Shown piece after piece: positions 20,315-30,758 of a DNA stretch of 64,000 nucleotides (positions are counted from its first letter, which is position 1; each line of letters starts with the position of its first letter). The notes under the pieces are model-generated. The model was not told where the DNA came from, did no database searches, and was given only the letters and a program-made list of their open reading frames with translations. This DNA comes from an uncultured Candidatus Saccharibacteria bacterium (lineage in GTDB: Bacteria; Patescibacteriota; Saccharimonadia; Saccharimonadales; Saccharimonadaceae): contig CAURKX010000003.1 in the NCBI GenBank assembly GCA_963525915.1, positions 29,427 to 93,426 of the forward strand, written 5' to 3'. A program made the position numbers and the translations under genes.

Positions 20315-21379
20315 TCAAGATTGCTGACATTTTTGATGACAATGCGCCTTGGTATTAGCAGTGTGCTCGGCATCTGTTTTAGCAAAATAGGTTACATTAT
20401 CATCGCCACTGAGGAAAAAGAGGTAATCTGTCTGTGCCGGGTCAGCAACCGCATTCAGTGCACTTAGCCCGGGAGTAGCTACCGGTCCCGGCGGCAACCC
20501 TTTGTGCACGCGAGTATTGTATGGGGAATCAAGCTGCGTATCACGAGTGACGCCCATCTTGTCAGCAGCATACTGATAGGTCACATCCGACCCTAAGTTC
20601 ATACCTGCTTTCATCCTATTATAAAATACGCTAGCAATCTTTCGCTGATCTTCACAGATTTCAGTGCCTACACCGCAGCCGATTGACTCTTTCTGAACGA
20701 TGGAAGCGAGCGTTATGCCCTGATACAGCGTCAATCCGCGTTTTTTGAACTTTTCTTCCAAATTATTTTTTCTGGCTACTTGATCAAACTCTGCTAATGC
20801 TCGCTGAATTGCTGATTTGGCGGTTGCATCACCGCTCATAAAATACGTATCACCATAAACAAACCCTTCAAGATCAGCTCCTGCCGGGCGTGATTTGAAG
20901 ACATAGCTATCGTAGTCAGCCTTAAAGGCGGATTCAATATCGGCGTCGTTATATCCAGCTTTTTTGAGAGCGCTTTCGACTGAGCGGTAATCTTTTCCGC
21001 GTAACGTACCGTCAGGGTAGAAGCGAACAGCCATCTCATCAGATTGACCATTGATCAGATGTTTGATGATCTCAGGTGTTGACTGCGATGGCTTAACAGC
21101 ATACACGCCGACGTTAAATCGAGCATCAATTCGCTTCAATTTGATATAGCCCAAAAATGCGTACCGACTGCGGATAAGTTTCTTTTCTTCCAGAGCAGAC
21201 GCTACTTGAGGAGCTGTCATGCCGCTGGTGATATTGACCCGCGTTACTGTCTGGTCGCCTGTGTTTACCGCCGAAAGATTGTATATATACCAGCCAGCTC
21301 CAGCCGCAGCAGATAAACCGAGCACTGCCACTAAGCCAGCTACCACAATCATCCATTTTCTCGACTTACGAATCTGCAT
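20315..21379 (-). CDS. mltG: Endolytic transglycosylase MltG (YceG); start likely ATG 21379
   Basis: N-terminal TM; LEGFVYGDTY, TLASIVQKE, SVFYNRM, SPYNTRVHKGLPPGPVATPG; SD GGAGG. Confidence 0.93.
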   Translation of the reverse strand: MQIRKSRKWMIVVAGLVAVLGLSAAAGAGWYIYNLSAVNTGDQTVTRVNITSGMTAPQVASALEEKKLIRSRYAFLGYIKLKRIDARFNVGVYAVKPSQSTPEIIKHLINGQSDEMAVRFYPDGTLRGKDYRSVESALKKAGYNDADIESAFKADYDSYVFKSRPAGADLEGFVYGDTYFMSGDATAKSAIQRALAEFDQVARKNNLEEKFKKRGLTLYQGITLASIVQKESIGCGVGTEICEDQRKIASVFYNRMKAGMNLGSDVTYQYAADKMGVTRDTQLDSPYNTRVHKGLPPGPVATPGLSALNAVADPAQTDYLFFLSGDDNVTYFAKTDAEHTANTKAHCHQKCQQS

Positions 21380-21776
21380 AGTGTACCTCCAAATAATCCT
21401 GCAAAATGATACTGGCAGCCTCAGCGTCAATCTCACCTTTATCTTTAACACGGCCCAACCGGCGCTCAGCTTCAACACTACTGAGCGACTCATCTTGATA
21501 AACCAGCTCAGCATCAAGCTCAATCTCAGAAAAACCATCAACAAACTGCTCTACAAAAGCTGTCTGTTTGGTTGGTTCGCCCGACTGATTGCGCGGATAG
21601 CCGACAACGATGATATCAATATCATGACGTAATACTGTTTCCGCCAGTTTGGTAAAAATCTCATCGTTATTCTCCAACCAACCAAACGGCACAGCGATTC
21701 TGACTGAGGTATCAGCCATAGCCAAACCAATTCGTCGTTCACCGACGTCCAGTGCCAGCAAATTCTTACCGGCCAT
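21366..21776 (-). CDS. ruvX: YqgF/RuvX family nuclease
   Basis: LALDVGERRIGLA, IVVGYPRN, QDESLSS, IDAEAASIILQDYL. Confidence 0.93.
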   Translation of the reverse strand: MAGKNLLALDVGERRIGLAMADTSVRIAVPFGWLENNDEIFTKLAETVLRHDIDIIVVGYPRNQSGEPTKQTAFVEQFVDGFSEIELDAELVYQDESLSSVEAERRLGRVKDKGEIDAEAASIILQDYLEVHYADS

Positions 21777-23391
21777 TATCCAACTTAAATTCTATACTAA
21801 TATGCTTGTCATTGTTTGGCACGGTGCGCACCCAAAACGGTGAGAATTTCGTGTCAACATCTTGCACGCCTTCGATTGATTCAAGGCTCGACTGAACGTC
21901 GCCATAATTCCGACCTTTTACCTGCTCCTTGACTTTGTGCTCATCAATCTCTGGGCCAATCTTTGCATTTGCTGTTAATCGAACTTGCACGGCATTGTTG
22001 CGCTCACTATATTGCGCAAATTTTACCTCATTTGACCCATCATTATAGATCTTTTGGTTCTTCTTGCTACCAATTTCTTTCTTGAGCGTATCCTCCAAGA
22101 ACTGCTTCATATCAGAGCGATCAATACCCTGCATGCTGGCTGTCACTGTTGTTTTCAACTGAACCGTACCGCTGGCTTCATGGTCAATCGCCACTGAAGG
22201 CGTAGGGTTTGAGCGAGCCTCTTGGTAGCTTTCATTGATGACGATGCTTGAAGATGGGAAGAGTGCCTTGACTGCTGATTGCAGTGAAGTGTCTTTTTGG
22301 GCGTCAAGCTTAACTTTAGCTTTGGCAACATCATCAGCCGACACCACAGTCACTTCCCGACTCGAGCCGCCACTCATTGCGGTGCCCGCCGCCGAAAAGC
22401 CGCTCACATTTGAAGAGTAGCTTCGTGACGACAGATTGTATTCACTACCAACCTGAGTTGCTTGCACCTTGACGGTTGCCACCGATTGGATGACACCGCC
22501 AGGACCAATTGAGGTGCCCGACAAGCTGGCTGGCTCTGTGCTGACAAACGTATAATCGCCCGACGAGAAGGACGTTCCAGCCGGAATTGTTAGCGTCAAG
22601 CTTGATACCGATGTTCGAACAAGGTGCATTGTACCACTTGCTTTTTCACCAACTTTCTTCTTACCCGTAGGGGTGAAATCGACGGAAATATCTTTCTTTT
22701 GTTCTTGGTGCAACGACTTGATGACGTTGTTGGCAGCATCAACCTTTCCGTCCTGTTTTAACGTAACGGACTTATCAACCGTAGAGGTGGTCGTTTTAGC
22801 TGTAATCACGACTGTGGCATGCGGCGCAAACCAAATCGCCCAAACCATGAACAGAACAAATAGAACGATGCCGCCGCCAATCAAGACCAATTTTTTACGG
22901 AAAACATTAAAATCTGGAACTTTTGGCTTACCTTTGCCAGCCGACTTAGCTGGTTTTACTGGTTTTGATGGCTTTTCGTCTTCGGCTATTGCTGCATCGA
23001 TAGCATCATCAGCCTTATTTCGTGCTTTTGGCGTCGCCTTATCAGCCAATTCACCGACCGGTATCTCACTACCGTCAATCACATCGTCACCGTCATCAAC
23101 ATCGATGGCTGGAATTTCCGCAATCTCTGGGCGAGACTGCAATGTCTTGGCCACTGGGATGCGGGCTGCGGCTGCCAAACCACTGAGCGCCTGGTCACTG
23201 GTGATCAACACGATGCGCTTCTCGGCATTCTCCGCCGCACGATTTAACAATCTCATATTGACCGCGCTCTGCAATATACCAACCCGTTTAGGAGGCACCA
23301 ATGCAACGATACGTGCCTTTGAATCTTTTATCTTGCTGACGATGTTGGTGATATCGTCTTCAACATCGATATAGATAACGTCTTTGTTCAT
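21766..23391 (-). CDS. Hypothetical bitopic membrane protein with baseplate-J-like extracellular region
   Basis: Cytoplasmic N-domain (IYIDVEDDIT..LVPPKR..LQSAVNMRLL), one TM, beta-rich region (KASGTM...IPAGTSF...VQATQVGSEYNL...MSGGSSR). Confidence 0.65.
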   Translation of the reverse strand: MNKDVIYIDVEDDITNIVSKIKDSKARIVALVPPKRVGILQSAVNMRLLNRAAENAEKRIVLITSDQALSGLAAAARIPVAKTLQSRPEIAEIPAIDVDDGDDVIDGSEIPVGELADKATPKARNKADDAIDAAIAEDEKPSKPVKPAKSAGKGKPKVPDFNVFRKKLVLIGGGIVLFVLFMVWAIWFAPHATVVITAKTTTSTVDKSVTLKQDGKVDAANNVIKSLHQEQKKDISVDFTPTGKKKVGEKASGTMHLVRTSVSSLTLTIPAGTSFSSGDYTFVSTEPASLSGTSIGPGGVIQSVATVKVQATQVGSEYNLSSRSYSSNVSGFSAAGTAMSGGSSREVTVVSADDVAKAKVKLDAQKDTSLQSAVKALFPSSSIVINESYQEARSNPTPSVAIDHEASGTVQLKTTVTASMQGIDRSDMKQFLEDTLKKEIGSKKNQKIYNDGSNEVKFAQYSERNNAVQVRLTANAKIGPEIDEHKVKEQVKGRNYGDVQSSLESIEGVQDVDTKFSPFWVRTVPNNDKHISIEFKLDNGR

Positions 23392-24654
23392 TTATATTTT
23401 AAGTAATCGATTAATTTTATCCATTAAGCCATTAGCATCTTGGCCACTTACCATTGTATCATATCCTACGCGCAGCAAGCCCATCGCTGTCACAAATGTG
23501 TGGTCGGTGATATCACCTGTTGTATCAGTAATACCGACCACCTCAGACGGTTTGATGCGCTGCACCACTGGTTTTTTCGTGAATGGTAGCTCTTTGTACC
23601 ATGGTTCATTACCCAGGGCGTCAACCAATTTTTCCAAGCTGGCGCCTCCGCCACACAGTAAAATCCTATTTGGCAAATGATCAACACTATCAAATTCGCT
23701 CAACGCCAATTCTACTCCAGATAGCCACACATCAAGCGTCTTATCAATCGCGCTATCAAGCCGCTTCTTGACCGACGGCTTCACGTACTCATGACCAAGA
23801 TTGAGTTTTAATTTTTCAGCATCTTTATAACTGAGATCAAGCTCCGTGGCAATTGTTCTAGTGAAACTGCGACCACCGATGCCAAACATTCTGGTGCCTT
23901 CCACGCCACCGTCATTGACCACGGCAATGTCGGTCGTTCCACCACCAACGTCTGCTAAAATTGCAGTGAATGAACTATTGGCATCTGTTCCCAGCACGCT
24001 TCTACTGACCGCAAATGGCTCAGCCGCTACCGCTATCAGCTCTAACGCCAACTCATCAGCCACCTTTTCCAGCGCACCGATATGCACCATTGGCGCAAAC
24101 GCCGTATAGATCTGCACTGCCACGTCTTTGCCCTGAAAACCGATTGGATTTGACACCTTATAGCCATCAATGTGTAAGCTCACCAGGGCCGAGTTGACCA
24201 ATTTCACTTCGACGTCTTCATTGCCAGTTTCCAGCGCGATCTGTGCTTGAGCTTTGCCTTGTGCTCGCTCCTGGACTTTTTCGATGATAAATTCCATCTC
24301 GGCAACGTCCAACGCTCGTTCTGGCTGCGGACGACGATAGCGGATGGTGTTCGTCATACCTTTGACCAATTCTCCAGCGATGCCAATCACGACGCGTCGC
24401 GCTTGGACGCCCGCCTTTTCCTCAGCTTCCGCCAAGGCTGCTTCACAGTTGGCAACTACGCCAGATATGTCAGCGATTGCTCCAGAATGCATATCACCCA
24501 ATTCTTGCTGCTTGCGACCAACACCAATAACTTCGATGGCATCATTTCGCACTTCAGCGATCAAAGCCTTAACTGCCTCTGTACCAATATCTAGACTAAC
24601 TAGTAGATCTCGTTCTTCTTTGTCAGTTTTCTTGAGCAAGTCTTTTAGTACCAT
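23392..24654 (-). CDS. FtsA-like actin-fold protein
   Basis: SLDIGTEAVKALI, IGIAGELVKG, AAEPFAV, LADVGGGTTDIAV, GIGGRSFT, LCGGGA. Confidence 0.85.
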   Translation of the reverse strand: MVLKDLLKKTDKEERDLLVSLDIGTEAVKALIAEVRNDAIEVIGVGRKQQELGDMHSGAIADISGVVANCEAALAEAEEKAGVQARRVVIGIAGELVKGMTNTIRYRRPQPERALDVAEMEFIIEKVQERAQGKAQAQIALETGNEDVEVKLVNSALVSLHIDGYKVSNPIGFQGKDVAVQIYTAFAPMVHIGALEKVADELALELIAVAAEPFAVSRSVLGTDANSSFTAILADVGGGTTDIAVVNDGGVEGTRMFGIGGRSFTRTIATELDLSYKDAEKLKLNLGHEYVKPSVKKRLDSAIDKTLDVWLSGVELALSEFDSVDHLPNRILLCGGGASLEKLVDALGNEPWYKELPFTKKPVVQRIKPSEVVGITDTTGDITDHTFVTAMGLLRVGYDTMVSGQDANGLMDKINRLLKI

Positions 24655-24700
24655 ACCCTAAATTATATACTGCTGACGCTTTTTGAGCAAACTTTATAGC

Positions 24701-26605
24701 CTATTTTAGTACGGCTTTTACGCGTCGCACACCGGCAGAGCTGGATTCTTCTTTGATTATCTTAAATCGTTTACCGTTTGGCGTACCGTCATCATCTTGT
24801 GCCAACTGACCAGTGTGATCCACGTGCGGGCCGCCGCAAATTTCGAAGCTGACTCGCTGGTCACCCTCTCCCATCTGATAAACCTTGACAGTATCGCCGT
24901 AGCGGTCACCAAAGGCACCAACCGCGCCCATGTTGAAAGCTTCCTCAGTTGGGTATTCAGTATAGCTAACAGGCAAGTCAGCCTCAATCCAAGTGTTAAC
25001 TAGTCTCTCCACCTCGTCCAGCTGTTCACGCGTAACCTTGGCGTCATTGTTAAAGTCAAACCGCAGACGTTCAGCAGTGATATTACTGCCGCGTTGCATG
25101 ACGTGGTCGCCCAATACTCGCCTTAGTGCTGCGTACATCAGATGATTCGCCGTATGCAGTCGACGGTGTGCCATAGTCTGACCTTCCAGCCCACCTTTAA
25201 ATGTACCTTTGGCAGCAGTTTGAGAACGCTTACGCTGCTCCGCCATACAGGCATCAAATTCCGCCTTCCAATCTGCCGCGAGCTGAATATGATGACGCTT
25301 GGCAATTTCGACACTCAGTTCATATGGGAAACCATACGTATCATGCATAGTAAAGATTTCTTGACCCGTCAATCCGTCAGCAATAAAGCTCAACAAATGC
25401 TTCGTACCCTTAAGTAACGTGCGGGCAAAGGCTTTTTCTTCCTTCATCAGCGTGATGATGATCTTATCGCGCTGTTCGGCCACCTCTGGGAAATCTTGAA
25501 TATACAGATCAGCGATGACTGGCACAATTTCCTCAAAAAACGCATCCTGAATGCCCAATTCATGCGCAAAACGAATCGCCCGGCGCAATAAGCGGCGCAT
25601 CACATAGCCTTGCTCTTTGTTGCTCGGCACGCAGCCATCAACCGCCAGAAACGTCGCCGCTCGCAAATGGTCAGCGATCACCCGCATAGCTTCAGTATGC
25701 TCTTCGTATGTTTTGCCACTCAATTGCTCTAGTTTTTCAATAATCGGCCACATCAAGCTAATCTTGAAAACGTCTGGATCATCGATAGCCGCTGCCGCGA
25801 TGCGCTCCAGGCCCGAACCATGGTCGATATTTGGCTTCTCTAACGGCTCAAACACGCCATCAGCCACCTTTTTGTAGGCCATAAAGACATTGTTGCCAAT
25901 TTCCATAAAGCGACCACAATCACAGTTTGGATGGCAATGCTCGCCAAATCTTTTATCATGCTCAACCGAGGTGAACTCATAAAACATCTCGCTATCCGGC
26001 CCACATGGATCCCCAATTGGCGTAGTTTCCGGCCCGCCATTGCGACTCCACCAGTTTTTGCTGCCGTCATAGTAAAAAATCCGCTCACCTGGTTTAATGC
26101 CGCGCGCATAACCAGCTTCTTCTGAACCAATATCAGCTTGGCCGCTACTCAAGCCTGCTTTTTCGTATAGTTCCGCCCAAATTTCCGCCGCCTCAGTGTC
26201 TTTCGGGATATTATAGCGCTCATCACCGATGTAACAGGTGACATAAATGCGGTTCATGTCTAGTCCAACCTCTTCCGACAAGAATTGCCACATCCAATTG
26301 ATCTGCTCTTTTTTGAAATAATCACCCAAGCTCCAGTTACCGAGCATCTCAAAAAACGTCGTGTGACGGTTGTCACCAATGTCATCGATATCTTGGGCGC
26401 GCAAACATGTCTGGCTGTCAACGATACGATTGCCCTCAGGGTGCTTGGCCTCGCCCAACAAATAACTAATCATCGGCTGCATACCAGAGCCGGTAAATAG
26501 CGTGGTTGGGTCGTTGTGCAACACCAGCGGTGCTCGATTGACAACAGCATGACCATTGCTTTTATAAAAATCGAGGTATTTTTTGCGGATATCTTGAGCT
26601 TTCAT
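24701..26605 (-). CDS. alaS: Alanine--tRNA ligase (short form lacking C-Ala)
   Basis: DPTTLFTGSGMQP, HTTFFEMLGNWSLGDYFK, GYVMRRLLRRA, HTANH and EICGGPHV editing motifs. Confidence 0.97.
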   Translation of the reverse strand: MKAQDIRKKYLDFYKSNGHAVVNRAPLVLHNDPTTLFTGSGMQPMISYLLGEAKHPEGNRIVDSQTCLRAQDIDDIGDNRHTTFFEMLGNWSLGDYFKKEQINWMWQFLSEEVGLDMNRIYVTCYIGDERYNIPKDTEAAEIWAELYEKAGLSSGQADIGSEEAGYARGIKPGERIFYYDGSKNWWSRNGGPETTPIGDPCGPDSEMFYEFTSVEHDKRFGEHCHPNCDCGRFMEIGNNVFMAYKKVADGVFEPLEKPNIDHGSGLERIAAAAIDDPDVFKISLMWPIIEKLEQLSGKTYEEHTEAMRVIADHLRAATFLAVDGCVPSNKEQGYVMRRLLRRAIRFAHELGIQDAFFEEIVPVIADLYIQDFPEVAEQRDKIIITLMKEEKAFARTLLKGTKHLLSFIADGLTGQEIFTMHDTYGFPYELSVEIAKRHHIQLAADWKAEFDACMAEQRKRSQTAAKGTFKGGLEGQTMAHRRLHTANHLMYAALRRVLGDHVMQRGSNITAERLRFDFNNDAKVTREQLDEVERLVNTWIEADLPVSYTEYPTEEAFNMGAVGAFGDRYGDTVKVYQMGEGDQRVSFEICGGPHVDHTGQLAQDDDGTPNGKRFKIIKEESSSAGVRRVKAVLK

Positions 26606-26629
26606 ATCTGTTAATTATAGCACAACATA

Positions 26630-26654
26630 AAATCGCCCCAAAACGAGGCGATTT
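26630..26654 (-). terminator. Intrinsic terminator after rpsP
   Basis: AAATCGCC...GGCGATTT inverted repeat. Confidence 0.65.
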
Positions 26655-26670
26655 CAAATAGCTTATATGA

Positions 26671-27033
26671 TTATTCAGCGGATTCTTCTACTGGCTCTTC
26701 AGCTGGAGCTTCTTCCTTTGGCTGGTTTTTACGCAACTTTTCTGGGTTACGAATGGCTTTGTGCTTGTCGGCAGCCGGTTCTTTGACCCACTTTGGTAAT
26801 GTGACACCAGCTTCTTTCAACAACTTAACAACACGTGGTGTTGGCTGAGCACCATTGTCCAAATATTTTTGTGCCAATTCAACCTGAATATTTGCTACTT
26901 TTGTGTGTGGATTGTAGCTACCAACATAGGCGACAACACGGCCGCTTGATGGATGGCGCTGTGCTTCCTGTACAGCCAGACGGTAGACTGGGTAGCCCTT
27001 GCGACCCAAACGTTGCAAACGAATTGCTAACAT
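26671..27033 (-). CDS. rpsP: 30S ribosomal protein S16
   Basis: MLAIRLQRLGRKGYPVYRL...GSYNP...NGAQPTPRV. Confidence 0.97.
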   Translation of the reverse strand: MLAIRLQRLGRKGYPVYRLAVQEAQRHPSSGRVVAYVGSYNPHTKVANIQVELAQKYLDNGAQPTPRVVKLLKEAGVTLPKWVKEPAADKHKAIRNPEKLRKNQPKEEAPAEEPVEESAE

Positions 27034-27111
27034 ATAATTATCTTATTCCTTCTCTTACACTCTTAGGTTAATTCTTATTCTGTACCAGTGTACACTATTT
27101 TCCTCGATGCG

Positions 27112-28164
27112 TCAATCTGTTTGGATAATCCCGCCGCCCAAACATTCCTCGCCGTCATATAGCACGGCTGATTGGCCTGGTGCGACGGCACGCTGCGGCT
27201 CAGCCAGCTTCACCGTCACCTTCTCGCCAGCATCGTTCATGCGCGCAACTTCCGCATCAATCAATGGCGCTCGGTGTCGCACCCGAACCTGATAGGCGCC
27301 GTCTTTTGGTGGTTCACCAATCCAGTGAACATCAGCTAAAGTTAACTCTTTCCGCCAGAGATTTTCATTATCAATTGAGCGTGACACGTAAACCTCATTC
27401 TTTGCCATGTCCTTACCGACGACATAATACGGCAAGCCGCCACCAATATCCAACCCATGTCGCTGTCCTAAAGTGTAAAATATCGCCCCGTCGTGCCTGC
27501 CAACAACTACACCTGTTTGTTGATCGATGATGTCGCCCGGACTCGTCTCGACATATTCTGACAAAAACTCGCGAATCCCCACCTGTCCAACAAAGCAAAT
27601 GCCCATCGATTCCTTTTTACTAGCAGTCCACAACCCCCGCTCTTTGGCCATCTCGCGCACCTCAGCCTTGGTAAAATCACCCAGCGGGAACATGGTCTTT
27701 GCGAGTGCCTCCGACGTCACCCGGTAGAGGAAATAGGTTTGGTCTTTGTTGTCATCGTGCGCCCGAAGCAAACGCCCCTCGCTCGTCCTGGCATAATGTC
27801 CCGTCGCAATATACTCCGCACCCGCTGCCAACGACGCCTCCAAAAACAACTTAAACTTGACCTCTTGATTACACATCACATCAGGATTTGGCGTGCGACC
27901 TGTTTGGTATTCGCGGATCATATAGTCAACAACATTTTGCTTGTACTCTTTCTGAAAATCAAACACCTGAAAATCAATCCCCAGCCCCACCGCCACGCGC
28001 TTGGCGTCAGCCACATCTTCTGCCCACGGACAGTGCATACCCGGCAAATCTTCCGACCAGTTTTTCATATACACGCCAGTTACCTCGTGGCCTTGCTCGA
28101 CCAATAGCGCTGCCGCTACCGACGAATCAACGCCGCCCGACATACCGACGAACACCCGAGCCAT
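27112..28164 (-). CDS. mnmA: tRNA 2-thiouridylase MnmA (start ATG 28164)
   Basis: VGMSGGVDSSV, TPNPDVMCN, ATGHYA, KDQTYFL, ESMGICFVG, AVAPGQ. Confidence 0.97.
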   Translation of the reverse strand: MARVFVGMSGGVDSSVAAALLVEQGHEVTGVYMKNWSEDLPGMHCPWAEDVADAKRVAVGLGIDFQVFDFQKEYKQNVVDYMIREYQTGRTPNPDVMCNQEVKFKLFLEASLAAGAEYIATGHYARTSEGRLLRAHDDNKDQTYFLYRVTSEALAKTMFPLGDFTKAEVREMAKERGLWTASKKESMGICFVGQVGIREFLSEYVETSPGDIIDQQTGVVVGRHDGAIFYTLGQRHGLDIGGGLPYYVVGKDMAKNEVYVSRSIDNENLWRKELTLADVHWIGEPPKDGAYQVRVRHRAPLIDAEVARMNDAGEKVTVKLAEPQRAVAPGQSAVLYDGEECLGGGIIQTD

Positions 28165-28760
28165 CAGCGTGTTCCCCCAATGGTAAATAACCCAATTTTG
28201 ATCAACTCGCCAACTGCTAGCCACCAACCCCACGGTGTCAACCACCAGAGATCACCCCAATGTTTATCACGGCTGACTGGGTGCGACAGTACTTCCACCC
28301 CAGGCACCTGCGCCGCAAACTCAGACCGAGCTCGTTGCATGTGATAACCACTGGTGACTAAGATGATGCGCTTCATTTTGCGGGCAGTGATAACTGATTT
28401 TACTTCAACTGCATTCTGTTTTGTCGTCTCAGAATGGTCTTCGATGATAATATGCTTATCTGGTACGCCCTGCGACAATGCACGACGCTTCATGGCCTCA
28501 GCATTGGACAACCCCGTCTTATCAGCTGCCGCACCCGACATGATGAGTAGTGAAGACCATTGTTGCTTATATAAACGAATCGCTTCGTCAGTCCGTGCAT
28601 CAGTGTCTCCGCCAGAAACCGCTACGATGGCATCAGCCGCCGCGCACTCACTAGTTCCAGGACCAGAACATTTTGCCAAATCATCTGGCGCTAAATACAT
28701 TGTCAAACCAATGATAATCACCACAACAACAACAGCCAGTCCAATCAATCGATGAATCAT
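28164..28760 (-). CDS. YdcF/DUF218 family protein
   Basis: N-terminal TM; DAIVAVSGG, SNAEAM, EDHSETTKQNA, LVTSGYHMQRA. Confidence 0.88.
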   Translation of the reverse strand: MIHRLIGLAVVVVVIIIGLTMYLAPDDLAKCSGPGTSECAAADAIVAVSGGDTDARTDEAIRLYKQQWSSLLIMSGAAADKTGLSNAEAMKRRALSQGVPDKHIIIEDHSETTKQNAVEVKSVITARKMKRIILVTSGYHMQRARSEFAAQVPGVEVLSHPVSRDKHWGDLWWLTPWGWWLAVGELIKIGLFTIGGTR

Positions 28761-29914
28761 CGCATTCTCTCCTGCTCTTTTCGGACCGACTGAATGATGA
28801 ACTCAGCTGCTCGAACAACCATTGCTTCATCATTTAACCTTCCAAGGGTGATGCGCAAACTGCCATCAATATCTGAGTCGCTCAAACCAATAGCCGATAG
28901 CACATGTGAACGTGTACCGGAGTTGGCCGCACAGGCACTGCCTGTTGCCACCATCACATCATGCATTTCCAACAAGAAGACCAGTCGTTCAGCATCCAAA
29001 CCCGGAAAAGAAATATTCAAAAAATTCGCCAACGATTTTTTACGATCAGACGAAATGATCATTTCAGGTAGCTCAGCTTTCATCTTCCGAATCATAGCAT
29101 CGCGCAATCCCTGCAGTCGCTTCACTTCAGCTTTGCGCCGTTTGGCAGCCAGCTCCAAAGCCTCAGCAAAACCAATTACACCAGCGACATTTTCCGTGCC
29201 ACTGCGAAGACCTAGTTCCTGCCCACCTCCCATAATGGTTGGTGCAATATGCACGCCCGGGCGCACCCACAGTAAGCCAACTTGTTTTGGTCCGTAGACT
29301 TTTGCCGCGCTGAGCGTCAATAAATCCACGCCTAATCGTTTCACTTTTATATCCAACAGCGCTGCTGCCTGAGACGCATCAGTGTGGAACAATAGCGGCG
29401 TACTCTCCCCGGCAGACCGGCGGCGTTCGCGCTCTGCTTGAATGACACGAGCAATATCTTCAATTGGCTGCACATACCCCAGCTCATGATTTGCCAGGGC
29501 GATTGACACAAAACCAACCTCTGGCGTAAGAGCTTCCTTCACTGCTTCTGGAGAAATTCTCCCCTTATGATCCGGCTGGATCAACACTGGCTTCGCGTAA
29601 CGTCCAGCAGCCGACAGAACCGATGCGTGTTCAATGGTCGCAACCGCACGGACTGTTTGCTCTGCCGCCTGAAACGCCAAATTGACTGACTCCGTGGCGC
29701 CAGCTGTCATCACCAATTCATCCGCAACAACGCCTAAAACCTGCGCAATGCGAGCCTTGGCTGCTTGATAGTCACGCTTCACTGAAACACCAGCTGCATA
29801 TGGGCTGGATGGATTGAAAAATTTCTCAGAAAAATAGGGCTGCATCGCCTCAACCACCAACGGGTCCATCGGCGTTGCCGCCGCATGATCAAGATATATC
29901 AACTTATCATTCAC
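28757..29914 (-). CDS. iscS: Cysteine desulfurase (IscS/NifS)
   Basis: IYLDHAAATP, FHTDASQ, SAAKVYGPK (PLP Lys), RSGTENV, TGSACAA; upstream of mnmA. Confidence 0.92.
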   Translation of the reverse strand: MNDKLIYLDHAAATPMDPLVVEAMQPYFSEKFFNPSSPYAAGVSVKRDYQAAKARIAQVLGVVADELVMTAGATESVNLAFQAAEQTVRAVATIEHASVLSAAGRYAKPVLIQPDHKGRISPEAVKEALTPEVGFVSIALANHELGYVQPIEDIARVIQAERERRRSAGESTPLLFHTDASQAAALLDIKVKRLGVDLLTLSAAKVYGPKQVGLLWVRPGVHIAPTIMGGGQELGLRSGTENVAGVIGFAEALELAAKRRKAEVKRLQGLRDAMIRKMKAELPEMIISSDRKKSLANFLNISFPGLDAERLVFLLEMHDVMVATGSACAANSGTRSHVLSAIGLSDSDIDGSLRITLGRLNDEAMVVRAAEFIIQSVRKEQERMR

Positions 29915-29923
29915 TGCTATCTA

Positions 29924-30367
29924 TTATACCACTTGTAGGGGCTTGCCTGTGTCTGGATCTTGTTTATACAACTTGCGCGAAACACGCTCATAATACTCTT
30001 TAACCGCCAACACAAAGTTGTGAAGTTCTTCGCCCTCCAGGTAGCTGTATTGGTAGTTTGGTTGAACCTTCAATACGCCTTTTTCTTGGATTTCATATTT
30101 GGTTGTCAATTCTTGCACTTTGCCATCAGCGCCAACCACTTCTTCGTACCAAATCCACGTTTTCTCATCCAAATTGAAAAATTCTCGGCGCTGCACATGT
30201 TCGGGCTTGTCACCAAAAATCGTCGCACCAATTTGGCTCTCCATCTGAATCAATTGTCGCTCGGTCAGCGGCTTAGTTGGTCGGTCTTTACGCCGGATTC
30301 GCATCAACGGCTTCACCGACTCGTCTGCAAAAACCAGGCTTGCAGCTTTTTTAAGAATCTTACTCAT
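29924..30367 (-). CDS. Hypothetical protein
   Basis: 147-aa ORF with SD AAGGAGG, co-oriented with neighbours. Confidence 0.7.
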   Translation of the reverse strand: MSKILKKAASLVFADESVKPLMRIRRKDRPTKPLTERQLIQMESQIGATIFGDKPEHVQRREFFNLDEKTWIWYEEVVGADGKVQELTTKYEIQEKGVLKVQPNYQYSYLEGEELHNFVLAVKEYYERVSRKLYKQDPDTGKPLQVV

Positions 30368-30380
30368 ACGCCAAACCTCC

Positions 30381-30746
30381 TTATGCTGCTACATCAAAAT
30401 CAGGGTTAATTACAGAGTCAGTCTGTCGCATCTTGGCCAGATACTCACCAATTTCCTTAGAATATCGCACTGCTTCAACAGGATCTTTGGGGTGTTTAGG
30501 AAATTCAATCAATAATGTCTGTGGAGCTTCCATTGACTTGGCTAAGCTTGATGCTTCACTCTCGCCTGTACTGCCACGCATAGCAGCACTTGATAGTGAA
30601 CGAGCATCAGCAGTTTGATGCGCAGCAAGCTCGTCAGCACGACCAACAGGAGTAGTCTCAAAATTCAGCGTGTTTGCCTTTTCCAAGGCAGCTTCCAACG
30701 CCGCATTAACTTCTTTGTCGTACGTACCCGTGTTGTTCTCTCGCAT
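30381..30746 (-). CDS. Hypothetical protein
   Basis: 121-aa ORF with SD GGAG, co-oriented between tatD and the next gene. Confidence 0.6.
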   Translation of the reverse strand: MRENNTGTYDKEVNAALEAALEKANTLNFETTPVGRADELAAHQTADARSLSSAAMRGSTGESEASSLAKSMEAPQTLLIEFPKHPKDPVEAVRYSKEIGEYLAKMRQTDSVINPDFDVAA

Positions 30747-30758
30747 ATTTCTCCACTT

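Noticed and set aside
21766..23391. Prophage or contractile tail remnant suggested by the baseplate-J-like region
   Set aside because: The protein is membrane-anchored, lies in a housekeeping operon and has no phage genes nearby.
24701..26605. alaS as a truncated pseudogene
   Set aside because: Catalytic and editing motifs are intact and the protein ends cleanly after the editing domain; short AlaRS forms are known.
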